Source: a virus (Duplodnaviria; Caudoviricetes). From it: a DNA stretch of 64,000 bases. The stretch spans positions 834-64,833 of IMG/VR virus record IMGVR_UViG_3300013414_000359; one strand, written 5' to 3'. A model generated the notes under the pieces. That model was not told the origin of the DNA, did no database searches, and saw only the letters and a list, made by a program, of their open reading frames with translations. The translations under genes were made by a program, and so were the position numbers. Numbering within the stretch: position 1 is the first letter of the stretch; each line of letters opens with the position of its first letter. Shown here piece after piece: positions 27,128-36,413 of this stretch.

Positions 27128-27558
27128 TCCGACACTTCCTCCCAAGCAGCAGCATAGTCAGCCGGGGAGAAATTAGTGTCGGCCTTACACCGGTAAATCT
27201 TCTCGTCAGTCCACACCATGTATTCCCCAGCTCGGTACATATCGTGCGAACCCTGCACGGGTACAAATAACCGGGCTGTCTCCGGTGTAGTGCCGTGGAG
27301 AGGACGGTTGAACGTATACCATGCCGGGCTATCCGGTCGGATGTCAGGATAGGTCGCATTGTCATACGCCTGAAAGCACTCCCACGTCTGCCCCTCGGTG
27401 TTGTAGATTTCTCCTTTTGCGTGTTTGCCTTCGACCCACTCAGGATAAAGGCCAGAGGCGCGGATTTTCTTATCATCAGTGTCTATCGCCTCTCCCGTCA
27501 ATGTGGCGCGAGAAACAAAAATCGCGCTCGACAGCGCATCCAGCATTTTATCATTCAC
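27124..27558 (-). CDS. Phage protein with Trp/Tyr-rich carbohydrate-binding-module-like repeats
   Basis: YPEWVEGKH...WECFQAYD; MYRAGEYMVW...YRC...FSPADYAAAWEEV. Confidence 0.6.
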   Translation of the reverse strand: MNDKMLDALSSAIFVSRATLTGEAIDTDDKKIRASGLYPEWVEGKHAKGEIYNTEGQTWECFQAYDNATYPDIRPDSPAWYTFNRPLHGTTPETARLFVPVQGSHDMYRAGEYMVWTDEKIYRCKADTNFSPADYAAAWEEVSE

Positions 27559-27842
27559 AGATTAAGCCCCCTTTCGATAGCCGCCTCGATTGCTCCGACC
27601 TGCTCTGCTACACGAGCGGTCTTGTCAGCCACGCGGTAGTGGTGGTCGATTTCGTACCAGTCATAGCAGTTCCCCTCCGCGTCTTCTTGGCTGTCCAGCT
27701 TGCGGACGATGTGGAAGTTGTCGGTGATGGTCTGGTCGGGGTAAGCGCGTTCGACGGAATGAAACCCCGTTAAGTCGGTGTGGGTATCGCCCTTTGTTTT
27801 GAGGACCTCCACATCGCCCTGCGTTCCAAATACATACTCCAA
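27555..27842 (-). CDS. Hypothetical protein overlapping the RT 3' end
   Basis: 95 aa; RBS AGGAGG upstream; coupled to the next gene. Confidence 0.65.
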   Translation of the reverse strand: MEYVFGTQGDVEVLKTKGDTHTDLTGFHSVERAYPDQTITDNFHIVRKLDSQEDAEGNCYDWYEIDHHYRVADKTARVAEQVGAIEAAIERGLNL

Positions 27843-28966
27843 GATAGCTCCTCCTTTCTCTGTTTTTGCCGGATAATTTTCTTGAGCGACCGCATAAGGC
27901 GTTCACCGTCGAACAAAATCCGATAGATGTTGTGGTTATTGCAGTGTTTCAGTTGCCCAAGGCGGGAGATTAGGCTTGACGCCGCTCCTGCCATAATGCG
28001 TTTTCCTTTATGCTTTCGTTTCCGATACCGTGCAATCGCCCGTTTGATGCGGAGCAGATTGTGCTTGCGCGGCAGCGTATATCCGCGCCCGTATCGGTAG
28101 CCCACAGCGTCCGGCAGTCTTCCCTTTGACCGTTCAAAACCGTTTCTCGGCGGTTCAAGCAGCTTCTTGGCTGCCCGTTTTGGAACGGGAAATATCTGCC
28201 AGTCATTTTTCAGCTTGAGCTGATGGTCGTTTAGCCAACGCTCGACAAGCATTCGTAGCTTGTGCAGCTTGCGCTTGTTCGAGCCGAACACCGTGAGATT
28301 GTCCATATAGCGGACGTAGTGATAGCACAGCCCGCTTTCTCGGATAAGCCGGTCAAGCGGCTGCAAGACCGTGTTGGCAAACCATTGTGAGGTGTACGCC
28401 CCAATCAGGACGCCGTTCTCAATGATGCGCCAAATAAGGTCAAGGGTGCGGCGGTCTTTGATGAGCTGCCGCATACGGGCCATCACCGTCTCCGGTTTCA
28501 AGCTGTCGTAGAAGTGGCGTATGTCGCCGCAGAACTCGTACTTTGTCCCTTTCGGGTCATGCTCTAACCATTGCTCAATCGCTTTCCTTGCGTGGTGCGG
28601 ACCTCTGCCGCGAATACTGCCGCAGCAGTAGAAATCCATGCCCCGCATGAATATCGGTTGGAGTATCTGGATAAGCGCGTGATGGACATACTGGTCGGGC
28701 CATTGGGCGGGTTCGCTGACAGTTCGCCATTTCTGTGCGCTTGCGTCCCATCGCCTCGTGACATGGGGCGATTTTGGTATAAAGCCCTCGACAATGATTT
28801 TCCGAAGCTCCTTGACGCGCTCCTCCTTGGTTTCCTCTACCCAAGCGGTACAACTGTTCGGGCGGTGGTGGGTGCGCCAGTGGTGCGTTCGGTTTACCTC
28901 GTCGATGGCTCTTATTAAGTTCTCATCAGATATGAGCGGTTCAAATAGGTTCCTCGCTCTTTTCAT
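27770..28966 (-). CDS. DGR reverse transcriptase
   Basis: QHALIQ-type motif (YVHHALIQIL), GRGPHHA, CGDIRHFYDS, IGAYTSQWFAN, YVRYMDN; start at ATG 28966 after AGGAGG; directly downstream of the TR. Confidence 0.93.
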   Translation of the reverse strand: MKRARNLFEPLISDENLIRAIDEVNRTHHWRTHHRPNSCTAWVEETKEERVKELRKIIVEGFIPKSPHVTRRWDASAQKWRTVSEPAQWPDQYVHHALIQILQPIFMRGMDFYCCGSIRGRGPHHARKAIEQWLEHDPKGTKYEFCGDIRHFYDSLKPETVMARMRQLIKDRRTLDLIWRIIENGVLIGAYTSQWFANTVLQPLDRLIRESGLCYHYVRYMDNLTVFGSNKRKLHKLRMLVERWLNDHQLKLKNDWQIFPVPKRAAKKLLEPPRNGFERSKGRLPDAVGYRYGRGYTLPRKHNLLRIKRAIARYRKRKHKGKRIMAGAASSLISRLGQLKHCNNHNIYRILFDGERLMRSLKKIIRQKQRKEELSWSMYLERRAMWRSSKQRAIPTPT

Positions 28967-29113
28967 AGGGATATTTCCTCCTTTTAGCTGTACGAGCTTT
29001 CCAGCGCCCTCGAAAGGGTGTACTAACCCGCTCCCCAAACTGCTTATCTTCACCGAGGGGTGCGCGACTATCTGTGCCGTAATGGAGGATTGTTAGCAAA
29101 ACTCTAAAAGGTT

Positions 29114-29250
29114 GCGGCAGCCGATGTTCGCGTTGGTGTTCGACGTGCTGTTGTAGTTGACGTAGAACAGACCGTGGTTAGTGTTCTGGTTGTAGTTGCC
29201 ACCAACGTAGACGCACGGGTTGGACGTGTTGAAGTTCCAGTTATCGCACG
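29114..29250 (-). repeat. DGR template repeat (TR), 137 bp
   Basis: AAC-rich non-coding copy of the VR; all 15 mismatches with the VR are at TR adenines. Confidence 0.95.
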
Positions 29251-29295
29251 TTCCAAGCACAGTTACATCGGCACTGCACAGATAGCCCCGGTAAT

Positions 29296-29343
29296 GCCCG
29301 CGCCGCAGGCGCGGGCTTCGTGAGGGGGCTTACGCCCCCTCAC
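29296..29343 (-). other. Two GC-rich hairpins downstream of the VR (homing-type cis elements)
   Basis: GTGAGGGGGC-GTAA-GCCCCCTCAC (10-bp stem, 29320-29343) and GCCCGCGCC-3 nt-GGCGCGGGC (29296-29316). Confidence 0.75.
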
Positions 29344-29352
29344 ACTCCCCCA

Positions 29353-31626
29353 TTAGGGGAGTTCTTGGAGGCGGCAGCCGATGTACGCGCTGGTGAACGA
29401 CGTGCCGTTGTAGCTGACGAAGAACAGACCGTGGTAAGAGTTCTGGCTGTAGCCGCCACCAACGTAGACGCACGGGTAGGACGTGCTGAAGTACCAGTTA
29501 TCGCACGAATAAGTAGAGCCACTGCCACTTGCCGCAGATGGAATAAACAGCGGGAACCCTCCCGCTGTCTTCACGCTGAATGCCGACGGCCAGCCATTCG
29601 ACGGAGTGCCGACGCTCGTACCGTTCGCACTGTCGCTGAAGCTGTTCGGGTTGAGAATGATGTTCAGCCCGTTGCTGTTGTTATAGCAGCCATCGCACCA
29701 GTCATACACGTTGTCCCACAGTCCCTCAATATTACGATACTGTGTACCTAAACCGTAGGCAGTGCGAGAACTCAGCTTAGTGCCTGTGTGATACTGCATA
29801 GAATCTGTATAGCCCATATTCTCGGTTCCGCTGTTGTTTCCGCAACCGTAGCCGATTTTCGCCTGAGAGTTCCAGTCGGCGAACTCTACGATGTAGAGCA
29901 GCCAGATTGTAAATCTCATGGCGAAATCCATCTGCCAGATATTAGAGCCGAGGTTATGGATAGCGGTACGTGCCGCAGAGCGCGTAATACTGGCTTTAGG
30001 TTTTTGTCCCGATGCGCTCTTATAGGCAGTTGCCCCGCAGTGATACCGACCAACATAAACCACATCTCGTTCACCTTTTCCATCGCCCCTGTTCATATGG
30101 GCAGGAGAAACCGAGAACCCCGATGCTGCCTTGTTCGCAATCTGAACCTTCATACCCGCACCATTCTGGGTAATCTTGTACCAGAATTTCGGAATAGCGA
30201 CCATCACGCCACCTGTGCGGTTACTCTTTACCATACCCGCCCAAGGCTGAATGGAGTCGAACGGAGAGCTGCCGTTACCGTTATTAACAGCCGGTACTGG
30301 GTCGATAAAGCTCGCTGCGGCGTCTGTTCTCGTCCACTTGGTTGTACTCGTGCCGTCCCAGCTGGCACCGTAGATTTTCGGAATTTCCACGGTCACAGAG
30401 CAGGTCTTATCTGCCGGAGCGTTATGGTTTGTTCCTGCGGCAACCTTTACAGTGATGGTAGCCGTGCCATCAGCTTTTGCCGTTACAGTTACGGTGTTTC
30501 CGCTGACGCTTACTGTGGCAACACTGGTTTTATTGGAAGTTGCGGAAATCGCTCCGTTACCGCTTCGCGTTACAGTGATAGCCTTTGTAGCGCCTACCGA
30601 TGCAAGCGTCGCCGTTGTGGGGCTGATACTCAGGCTGCCCGCTGCTTTGCCGATACTCCACGAAACGGTCTTTGCTGTCGTAGTTCCATCGCTCCAACGG
30701 TAGTTAGCTTTCGGAGTAAAGGTAGCGTTATAGCTCCCAGCATTTGTGCCGGAGGTTGTGCCGTCAATGGTTAGCTTGTTGCTGTCGTAGTTGCTCCAAC
30801 CGGGCGTGAGCGCGCTGCCGGTATACGTTAAAGTTCCGCTTTGTGCTGGAACCGCAATAGCGGCTCTGCCAATGCTCCAAGTAACATTCACCGTATTCTG
30901 TGTACCGTCAGCCCACACATAATTCCCTTTGGGTTTAACTGTTGCGGTATAGGTTCCGGCATTCGTAGCAGATGTTGTACCGCCGAGCGTCATTTTGTTA
31001 GCGTCGTAACCATTCAGGCTTACCGTCTGAGCTGAGCCGGTATAGGTCAGAGTCCCATTTTGCGTAGGAACCGCACCCAAAGTATTTGCGATTTTTGTAA
31101 GCTGCTCAAGCGCCCCGTCTGCGGCTTTCTGGGCATTTGCAGCCGCCGTAGCAGCGTTGTTTGCTGTTCGCTGCGCTGTAGCAACCTTTTCTTGAATAGC
31201 AGGGTGCGCCTCCGCATCGTTATTATGGGATTCGACCTGCTGGTTCGCAGTCCCAGCGGGGTCATAATTTAATGCTGGTAATTGAGCGGGCAGTACCTTT
31301 CCAGTCTTTGGGTCAAGGTCAGCTTTTCCTTCTTGCAGGTCTTGGACCGCGCTCTCTAAACTGGAATTACCCTCTGCCATTTCGTTAAGTCTGCTGTCCA
31401 TACCGTCCTGTTTCCACTTGAGGAAAGCAGTATTGCCAATCATCTGTTTCAGCACAGGATTGACGATGGTTTCAGCGTTTACGGGGTCGGTATTTTTAAT
31501 CCTGCGGATTTGCTCATCATACTTCAACTCTGCTGGGATTGGGTAAAACTCCGATATCGTTTCCTCGCCGCGCTCTGAGGGGTCAAGTTCCTCCAAAGTC
31601 GGGTCGTTTGTGCGTTCGTCTGCCAT
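29353..31626 (-). CDS. DGR target: tail fibre/receptor-binding protein with Ig-like repeats and a C-terminal CLec-type domain
   Basis: Two ~73-aa repeats, a BIG2-like domain and a C-terminal VR ...CVYVGGGY...GLF...IGCRL; follows the baseplate genes. Confidence 0.88.
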   Translation of the reverse strand: MADERTNDPTLEELDPSERGEETISEFYPIPAELKYDEQIRRIKNTDPVNAETIVNPVLKQMIGNTAFLKWKQDGMDSRLNEMAEGNSSLESAVQDLQEGKADLDPKTGKVLPAQLPALNYDPAGTANQQVESHNNDAEAHPAIQEKVATAQRTANNAATAAANAQKAADGALEQLTKIANTLGAVPTQNGTLTYTGSAQTVSLNGYDANKMTLGGTTSATNAGTYTATVKPKGNYVWADGTQNTVNVTWSIGRAAIAVPAQSGTLTYTGSALTPGWSNYDSNKLTIDGTTSGTNAGSYNATFTPKANYRWSDGTTTAKTVSWSIGKAAGSLSISPTTATLASVGATKAITVTRSGNGAISATSNKTSVATVSVSGNTVTVTAKADGTATITVKVAAGTNHNAPADKTCSVTVEIPKIYGASWDGTSTTKWTRTDAAASFIDPVPAVNNGNGSSPFDSIQPWAGMVKSNRTGGVMVAIPKFWYKITQNGAGMKVQIANKAASGFSVSPAHMNRGDGKGERDVVYVGRYHCGATAYKSASGQKPKASITRSAARTAIHNLGSNIWQMDFAMRFTIWLLYIVEFADWNSQAKIGYGCGNNSGTENMGYTDSMQYHTGTKLSSRTAYGLGTQYRNIEGLWDNVYDWCDGCYNNSNGLNIILNPNSFSDSANGTSVGTPSNGWPSAFSVKTAGGFPLFIPSAASGSGSTYSCDNWYFSTSYPCVYVGGGYSQNSYHGLFFVSYNGTSFTSAYIGCRLQELP
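29371..29507 (-). repeat. DGR variable region (VR)
   Basis: 137-bp match to the TR at the 3' end of the target; AAC changed to TAC/AGC/GGC/TTC. Confidence 0.95.
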
Positions 31627-31642
31627 TTCATTCACCTCCAAA

Positions 31643-32041
31643 TTAGAACTCATCATCGAACTCGAATGTGAAAATCACACCCGCGTCCTTACGCTTGGTA
31701 AACATCGTCTTGATTGCCGCGAGGTCGCCGTCTGCATCTACCAGCGCTGCCTCGTTTATGGACTCGCCCGACAATTCATCTGCGGGGATTGTGACCGCGT
31801 AGCGGACTGTGGTTTCCACAGGGTATGTGTACCCGTCAATGGGGTATTGCGCGAGCTTCTGATTCAGAGCGGTCTGCTCCTCACCCGGCGGTGTTGGGTT
31901 CCCTGCTGCGTCCACACCGCCGCAACCGATAGCGATATGGGTAATCGGTGCCAAAGGCTTCGCTGGGTTGCTGGACGCCTGACACAGCTTAATTCGGCGT
32001 ATTCTGGTGATTACGCTGTTTTCGTTGTTGCCTGTAGCCAT
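31643..32041 (-). CDS. Tail-collar/fibre N-terminal-like protein
   Basis: ITHIAIGCGG...INEAALVDADGDLAAIK. Confidence 0.7.
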   Translation of the reverse strand: MATGNNENSVITRIRRIKLCQASSNPAKPLAPITHIAIGCGGVDAAGNPTPPGEEQTALNQKLAQYPIDGYTYPVETTVRYAVTIPADELSGESINEAALVDADGDLAAIKTMFTKRKDAGVIFTFEFDDEF

Positions 32042-32043
32042 TA

Positions 32044-33102
32044 TTAAAATTCCTCCTTCACATAGTACGCATCGAACCGACGGAATCCATCAAATGAGAT
32101 GCTCCCGTCGAGCGTGCGCCAGTTATCCATCGTCAGCTCGCCACTGGTCGTCTCCATGTGCTGTGCTGACGCTCGAACCGTTATTCCCGAAAAAATCAAA
32201 TTCTCCTGCGGTCCGTTGGCAGCTGCGCTAATCCGCAACGCCGGACCGGAAAGCGTTTCGGCTGCACTTCGCATCGGCAAACGCGCTTTGAAAGCCGTAA
32301 AATGGGTAATGCCAAACTGTTGATTGAACAGGTCAGAACCGTCAAAGTTTATTGTGCCGTCGAAGCGGGTTGCAATTCCGCTTTGCATCGTAACAAATCG
32401 GCTCCGCACTAAAAAACGCTGGTATATCAGACCTCTGAACGCTTGGTCGAATAAAACCTCACCGCCAAAATCTACTGTGCCGTCAAACCGAACAGGCATA
32501 TCCCGAATGTTACAAAAGGTCGATGCTATCCGCAGTCGATGGAGATAGAAGTCGCCAATCGGCTCCTGAAACGGGTCGGGCTTCAATATGATGTTGAGGT
32601 CCATTCCGACACCAGCGGCGAGAATACGCTTTATCAGCGCGATAATATCCACAACGCTGGCAAATGTCTTTGTGGATAAGTCAGCCTCTTGAACATTGAG
32701 GCAGACCTTGCTCGGAAATATCTCACTCATCTCAATTCGTTCAACGGGTATTTCAAACAAGGCGGCTGCGGCGTTCAGCACCGTGTCTATGTCGCCGCCT
32801 GAGAGCTGCGACAGCAGCTTTACCTTTATCGCCAGACGGTAGAATACATCGCCTGCGCCAAAGCGTTTGACGCCAAAATTAGCCCCGTAGCGGTCGAGTA
32901 CGGAACCACAGGCGTAGTCGATGTTATCCCATAGCTTTATCAGTTCCGCTTGTTCCTGTACGGAATCAAGCCCCCACGCAAAAACGGCGAACAGCTTTCC
33001 AATGTTTGTTTCAAGCGGCAGAAGCCGCTGCTGATTGTCGTGGTCTTTGCGGCTGTATGCGCTCGTCAGCGCGTCAAGCATTTTGGTTAGAAAGTTTTTC
33101 AT
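32044..33102 (-). CDS. Baseplate wedge-like protein (gpI/DUF2612-like)
   Basis: LDRYGANFGVKR...YRLAIKVK; follows gpJ; FDG repeats. Confidence 0.7.
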   Translation of the reverse strand: MKNFLTKMLDALTSAYSRKDHDNQQRLLPLETNIGKLFAVFAWGLDSVQEQAELIKLWDNIDYACGSVLDRYGANFGVKRFGAGDVFYRLAIKVKLLSQLSGGDIDTVLNAAAALFEIPVERIEMSEIFPSKVCLNVQEADLSTKTFASVVDIIALIKRILAAGVGMDLNIILKPDPFQEPIGDFYLHRLRIASTFCNIRDMPVRFDGTVDFGGEVLFDQAFRGLIYQRFLVRSRFVTMQSGIATRFDGTINFDGSDLFNQQFGITHFTAFKARLPMRSAAETLSGPALRISAAANGPQENLIFSGITVRASAQHMETTSGELTMDNWRTLDGSISFDGFRRFDAYYVKEEF

Positions 33103-34277
33103 TCGACCACCACCATGCTTTCTGCGGTGACGGCTTTCTGCCGCGCTGCGATTTTGATGTTCTCCCAACCGAAGTTCTCACCGTCGGGGCTGATTTGCAG
33201 CTTGAAGTCCACAACCCCCGGCACTTTCAGAACCTCGGTCGGCAGCTGCACCTGAACAACGGACTGCCCGATGTTCAAGCCGCCACGTGTATCTGCGCCG
33301 ATGTAGGACACGATGCGCTGTTTGATTTGCTCCACACCGTCCAGCGGGAAATATCTGTCCGTCACAAGGTCGGTTATCCGTACCCATACGTTGACGGGAG
33401 CAGGGCGGCTGAAATGAATGTCGTAGGTCGCACCGGACGCGCTGATGACAGGGACAGTCACGTTGCCGAAGGTCTGAATACCCGCCGCTTTTCTTTTGAA
33501 GATGGCAAAGGCAATCTCCTCATCGAGACCGCCATAAGCGACAATCTCAATCGAGTGCGGGGGTAAGCCCTTTGCATCGGTCTTGTCGGTGTCGTTCTCA
33601 TCGCCTGTTACGGCGATGACAGCTTCGACGCTCTCGTAAATCTCTGCCACGATTGCGTCGATGTTTACGCCGCCAGCGAAGTCAACCGAGAGGTAATATC
33701 GCTCTCGGAACTCTGCGTCCGTCTCTGTGTTCCTGCCGCCCTCGAAAGGCGTAAGGTTCGTTACCTCCGCAATCCCCAGCTTCGGATTTGTGATATTGCT
33801 CACCGTGTTCTCATCAGTATTGCCGTCAGGACCGGGGGCAACAGCAGTCGCGGGCAGCGTGACTGAGCCGTCTTTGATGACGCCGGAACGCAGCGTAATG
33901 TACTGCGCTCCGGCCACAGTCTCGGCAAGAAAGCCCTCCGGCACTTCCACGCCGTCTTCGCCGGTGAAAGTCAGGTAGCCGACAGCCTTTTGTGCGCCCA
34001 AGAGACGCAAGCCTATCGCCCTGCCAAGGCTATACAAGCTGGTTCCGACAGCGGTGTCGATGAAGCGACTGTTATACACGTCCTCCAAAGTGGAAAAAAG
34101 CAGACTCAGCATCCAAGCGTAGATACGCAGGAAGATACCGAGCGGAGAACGCACAGTCAGATTTGCCTTTGAGCCGAACTGCTCCCGTGCCTTGTATTCC
34201 AAAGCGTCAAGCAGCTCCGCATAAGTTGGTCGCCTGAACCCGGCATCGGTCAAGCCCCAATCGGTTGATTTTGCCAT
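33099..34277 (-). CDS. Baseplate J/gp47 protein
   Basis: TAVGTSLYSLG...RLLGAQKA; GGRNTETDAEFRER; PPHSIEIV. Confidence 0.88.
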   Translation of the reverse strand: MAKSTDWGLTDAGFRRPTYAELLDALEYKAREQFGSKANLTVRSPLGIFLRIYAWMLSLLFSTLEDVYNSRFIDTAVGTSLYSLGRAIGLRLLGAQKAVGYLTFTGEDGVEVPEGFLAETVAGAQYITLRSGVIKDGSVTLPATAVAPGPDGNTDENTVSNITNPKLGIAEVTNLTPFEGGRNTETDAEFRERYYLSVDFAGGVNIDAIVAEIYESVEAVIAVTGDENDTDKTDAKGLPPHSIEIVAYGGLDEEIAFAIFKRKAAGIQTFGNVTVPVISASGATYDIHFSRPAPVNVWVRITDLVTDRYFPLDGVEQIKQRIVSYIGADTRGGLNIGQSVVQVQLPTEVLKVPGVVDFKLQISPDGENFGWENIKIAARQKAVTAESMVVVE

Positions 34278-34648
34278 TAAGCCGTCACCCCCAATCTGAT
34301 TTTCTCGCCGGACGCTAAAATCGCAGAAATCTCAACCGAGACGCTGCGTTTTTCATACGAAACCGAAATCTCGTCAATACGGGAGACATCAGGCTCCTGA
34401 AAGACCGCCTCCCGTATGATTTCCTCGATTTCGCCTTGGTCTATATCGTTCTGGCGTACACCCATAATCCGCTCGTAGTCTGTGCCGTGGGTCTCATCGG
34501 CAAAGAACTCGGCTTTCCAAGTCAGGAGCGCGTGGCGTACATTCTGAACGGTCGTGTCCGCATCGTAAATCTTCTTGAAGAAACCGGCCTCATCGAAAAC
34601 CAAGTCGCGTGTTTCAGGGTCTATCAATAAGGTCATGTTTTCCATCAA
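34277..34648 (-). CDS. Baseplate gp25/gp46-like protein (DUF2634-like)
   Basis: QNVRHAL...EFFADETHGTDY...IREAV. Confidence 0.75.
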   Translation of the reverse strand: MMENMTLLIDPETRDLVFDEAGFFKKIYDADTTVQNVRHALLTWKAEFFADETHGTDYERIMGVRQNDIDQGEIEEIIREAVFQEPDVSRIDEISVSYEKRSVSVEISAILASGEKIRLGVTA

Positions 34649-35476
34649 TTAAATCACTCCATATTCTGCGAACTTCTCGAAACCTCCGACTTTGTTGATG
34701 TAATCGTGCGCGAACGCTACGATTTCCTCAAAGCGTACTTTTATTGTCTCCTGTCCCTCCACCTCGATGACAACCGCGTCATCGCCAATGGAACAGTAGG
34801 CTTTGACGAAAGCGCCGTTGTGCAGCTTAGACAGGGCGTTTATGTAGATTGTCACCGAAACGTCGGCTTTCGACAGGTCTTTACCGTGCAAGCCGTTCGG
34901 GTTGCAGTGAGGCTGGTCGCTGCCGAGCTTGCGGTTTGTGCAGCCAGCGTCCGTATTAGACCCACCAGTCCACTCACCGAGAGGATTGACCGTAAGACGG
35001 TTGAACTCGCCCAGCTTGGCAAACGCCTCAATATCCTTGTTCTTGGCGTTGGACTGGCAAATGGTAGCCTCGCTCTTGCCGAAGTCAAAGAGATACTTCC
35101 CGTCAAAGGGGAACTGCTCTCCAAGGTCTTTGGCAAGCGCGGTGGCTCTCTCGTAGTCAGTGTTCCACTTGGCGCTGAATACACCGTTGTCACCGCAGCG
35201 AACGCCCTCGCTCTGATTGCGGGAGAGGTGCGCGTCCTGCGGAACCTGAATCAGCGCAAGGTCGTCAATGCCAGCAATGCGCTGCACTACAGCTCCGACA
35301 AATGCACCGTCAAAAGTCACGCTGGACTCGATGATGACCGTTGCGCTGCCATGCCCAAGCAGGACTTCAACCGCCACTTTGGGGGCGGTCTCTTGCGTGT
35401 AGGCGTAGTCCACGAGCGCACCGGCGATGCGGTCTGCCAGCTTATCAGGGTGGAACTTGTTTACTTTCTCTAACAT
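34649..35476 (-). CDS. metK: Shortened S-adenosylmethionine synthetase-like protein
   Basis: HPDKLADRIA, CGDNG, DGK, VNPLG.W.GG..DAGCTNRKL, HGKDLSKAD correspond to MetK motifs; 275 aa. Confidence 0.78.
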   Translation of the reverse strand: MLEKVNKFHPDKLADRIAGALVDYAYTQETAPKVAVEVLLGHGSATVIIESSVTFDGAFVGAVVQRIAGIDDLALIQVPQDAHLSRNQSEGVRCGDNGVFSAKWNTDYERATALAKDLGEQFPFDGKYLFDFGKSEATICQSNAKNKDIEAFAKLGEFNRLTVNPLGEWTGGSNTDAGCTNRKLGSDQPHCNPNGLHGKDLSKADVSVTIYINALSKLHNGAFVKAYCSIGDDAVVIEVEGQETIKVRFEEIVAFAHDYINKVGGFEKFAEYGVI

Positions 35477-35503
35477 TTTTGGTTTCCTCCTATAATTGAT
35501 TTG

Positions 35504-35794
35504 TTAGCCGCCTATGAATACATTACTGCTGCCGTCTCTAACTGACCCTGCCAATGTAACAGCGTCACCGATACGGGCAGCCGGTATTCCGTTGATAAAT
35601 ACGGTTGAACTACCGGAGCTTATATGGTCGCTATGCGATGGGTGCGCCACGCAGCCGTGAGGTGCGTAGCCATCACCGACCCGGCCGGCTCCTTTCCCGT
35701 TTATGAACACATCAGGACTGCACCCGACAAGCGAAGTTGGGGAACAGGCGTCGTGTCCGGTACAGCAGTCGCCTTGCCTCGTAGCCGCTGCCAT
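35504..35794 (-). CDS. PAAR-domain spike tip protein
   Basis: ATRQGD..TGH, VFINGKGAGRVGD, STVFINGIPAARIGD. Confidence 0.9.
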   Translation of the reverse strand: MAAATRQGDCCTGHDACSPTSLVGCSPDVFINGKGAGRVGDGYAPHGCVAHPSHSDHISSGSSTVFINGIPAARIGDAVTLAGSVRDGSSNVFIGG

Positions 35795-35805
35795 AACCCC
35801 ACCTC

Positions 35806-36396
35806 CTAATTGATGTTGACGGTCGCGCCTTTTATCGTGACCGTTCCGCTCGCATTGAGCGTGATGTCCTGCGTGTCCATTTTAATTGCATCGGCTGTGA
35901 ACTCAGCCGTTGTTCCCTCGTTCTTAACAATAATCTTGTCCTCTGTAACCACAGTGTAGATGCTGCCGTCTTCCTTTGCCAAAGCAATGCTCTTTTCGGG
36001 CAAGCCCTGCACCTCATAGCCGCCGGACACAATGCCGCCGATGAAAACAGCGTCGCTGGTGGCGTGGTTTCGTTCCGTCAACGGGACTGCCTCTTTGCCG
36101 CCAGTCACTGTGCTGTCCATATCGTGGTCGAGATATACGACAAGCCCCGTATCGCCCGCTTTAAGCCAAGGGCGAAAGATAAACCCTCCGCTGCGTGTGC
36201 AAGCGACAGGGACACGCAGAATGGGCGGCTGGCTCTCATACTTGCCGTTCTCCAAATGCTTGGACAGAGGCTGCACATTCACAGTCATCTTCTGCGGGTC
36301 AAAGGCGATAACTTGGACAACCGCCGCAACGCATATCGAGGAAAGCACTTTCCTGTCATGCACACGCTGATAATTGAACTCATTGATAATCGCCAT
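35806..36396 (-). CDS. Baseplate spike (Gp138/gpV-like)
   Basis: VIAFDPQKMTVNVQP...GDTGLVVYLDHD...RNHATSDAVFIGG. Confidence 0.82.
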   Translation of the reverse strand: MAIINEFNYQRVHDRKVLSSICVAAVVQVIAFDPQKMTVNVQPLSKHLENGKYESQPPILRVPVACTRSGGFIFRPWLKAGDTGLVVYLDHDMDSTVTGGKEAVPLTERNHATSDAVFIGGIVSGGYEVQGLPEKSIALAKEDGSIYTVVTEDKIIVKNEGTTAEFTADAIKMDTQDITLNASGTVTIKGATVNIN

Positions 36397-36413
36397 TTCA
36401 CAGCCTCCTTTCC

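Noticed and set aside
27770-28966. RT as a group II intron, retron or Abi RT
   Set aside because: The adjacent TR/VR pair with adenine-only mismatches and a CLec-type target identify it as a DGR RT.
35504-35794. PAAR gene as a sign of a type VI secretion system
   Set aside because: It sits after the spike in a phage baseplate operon, as T4 gp5.4 does; no T6SS genes are present.
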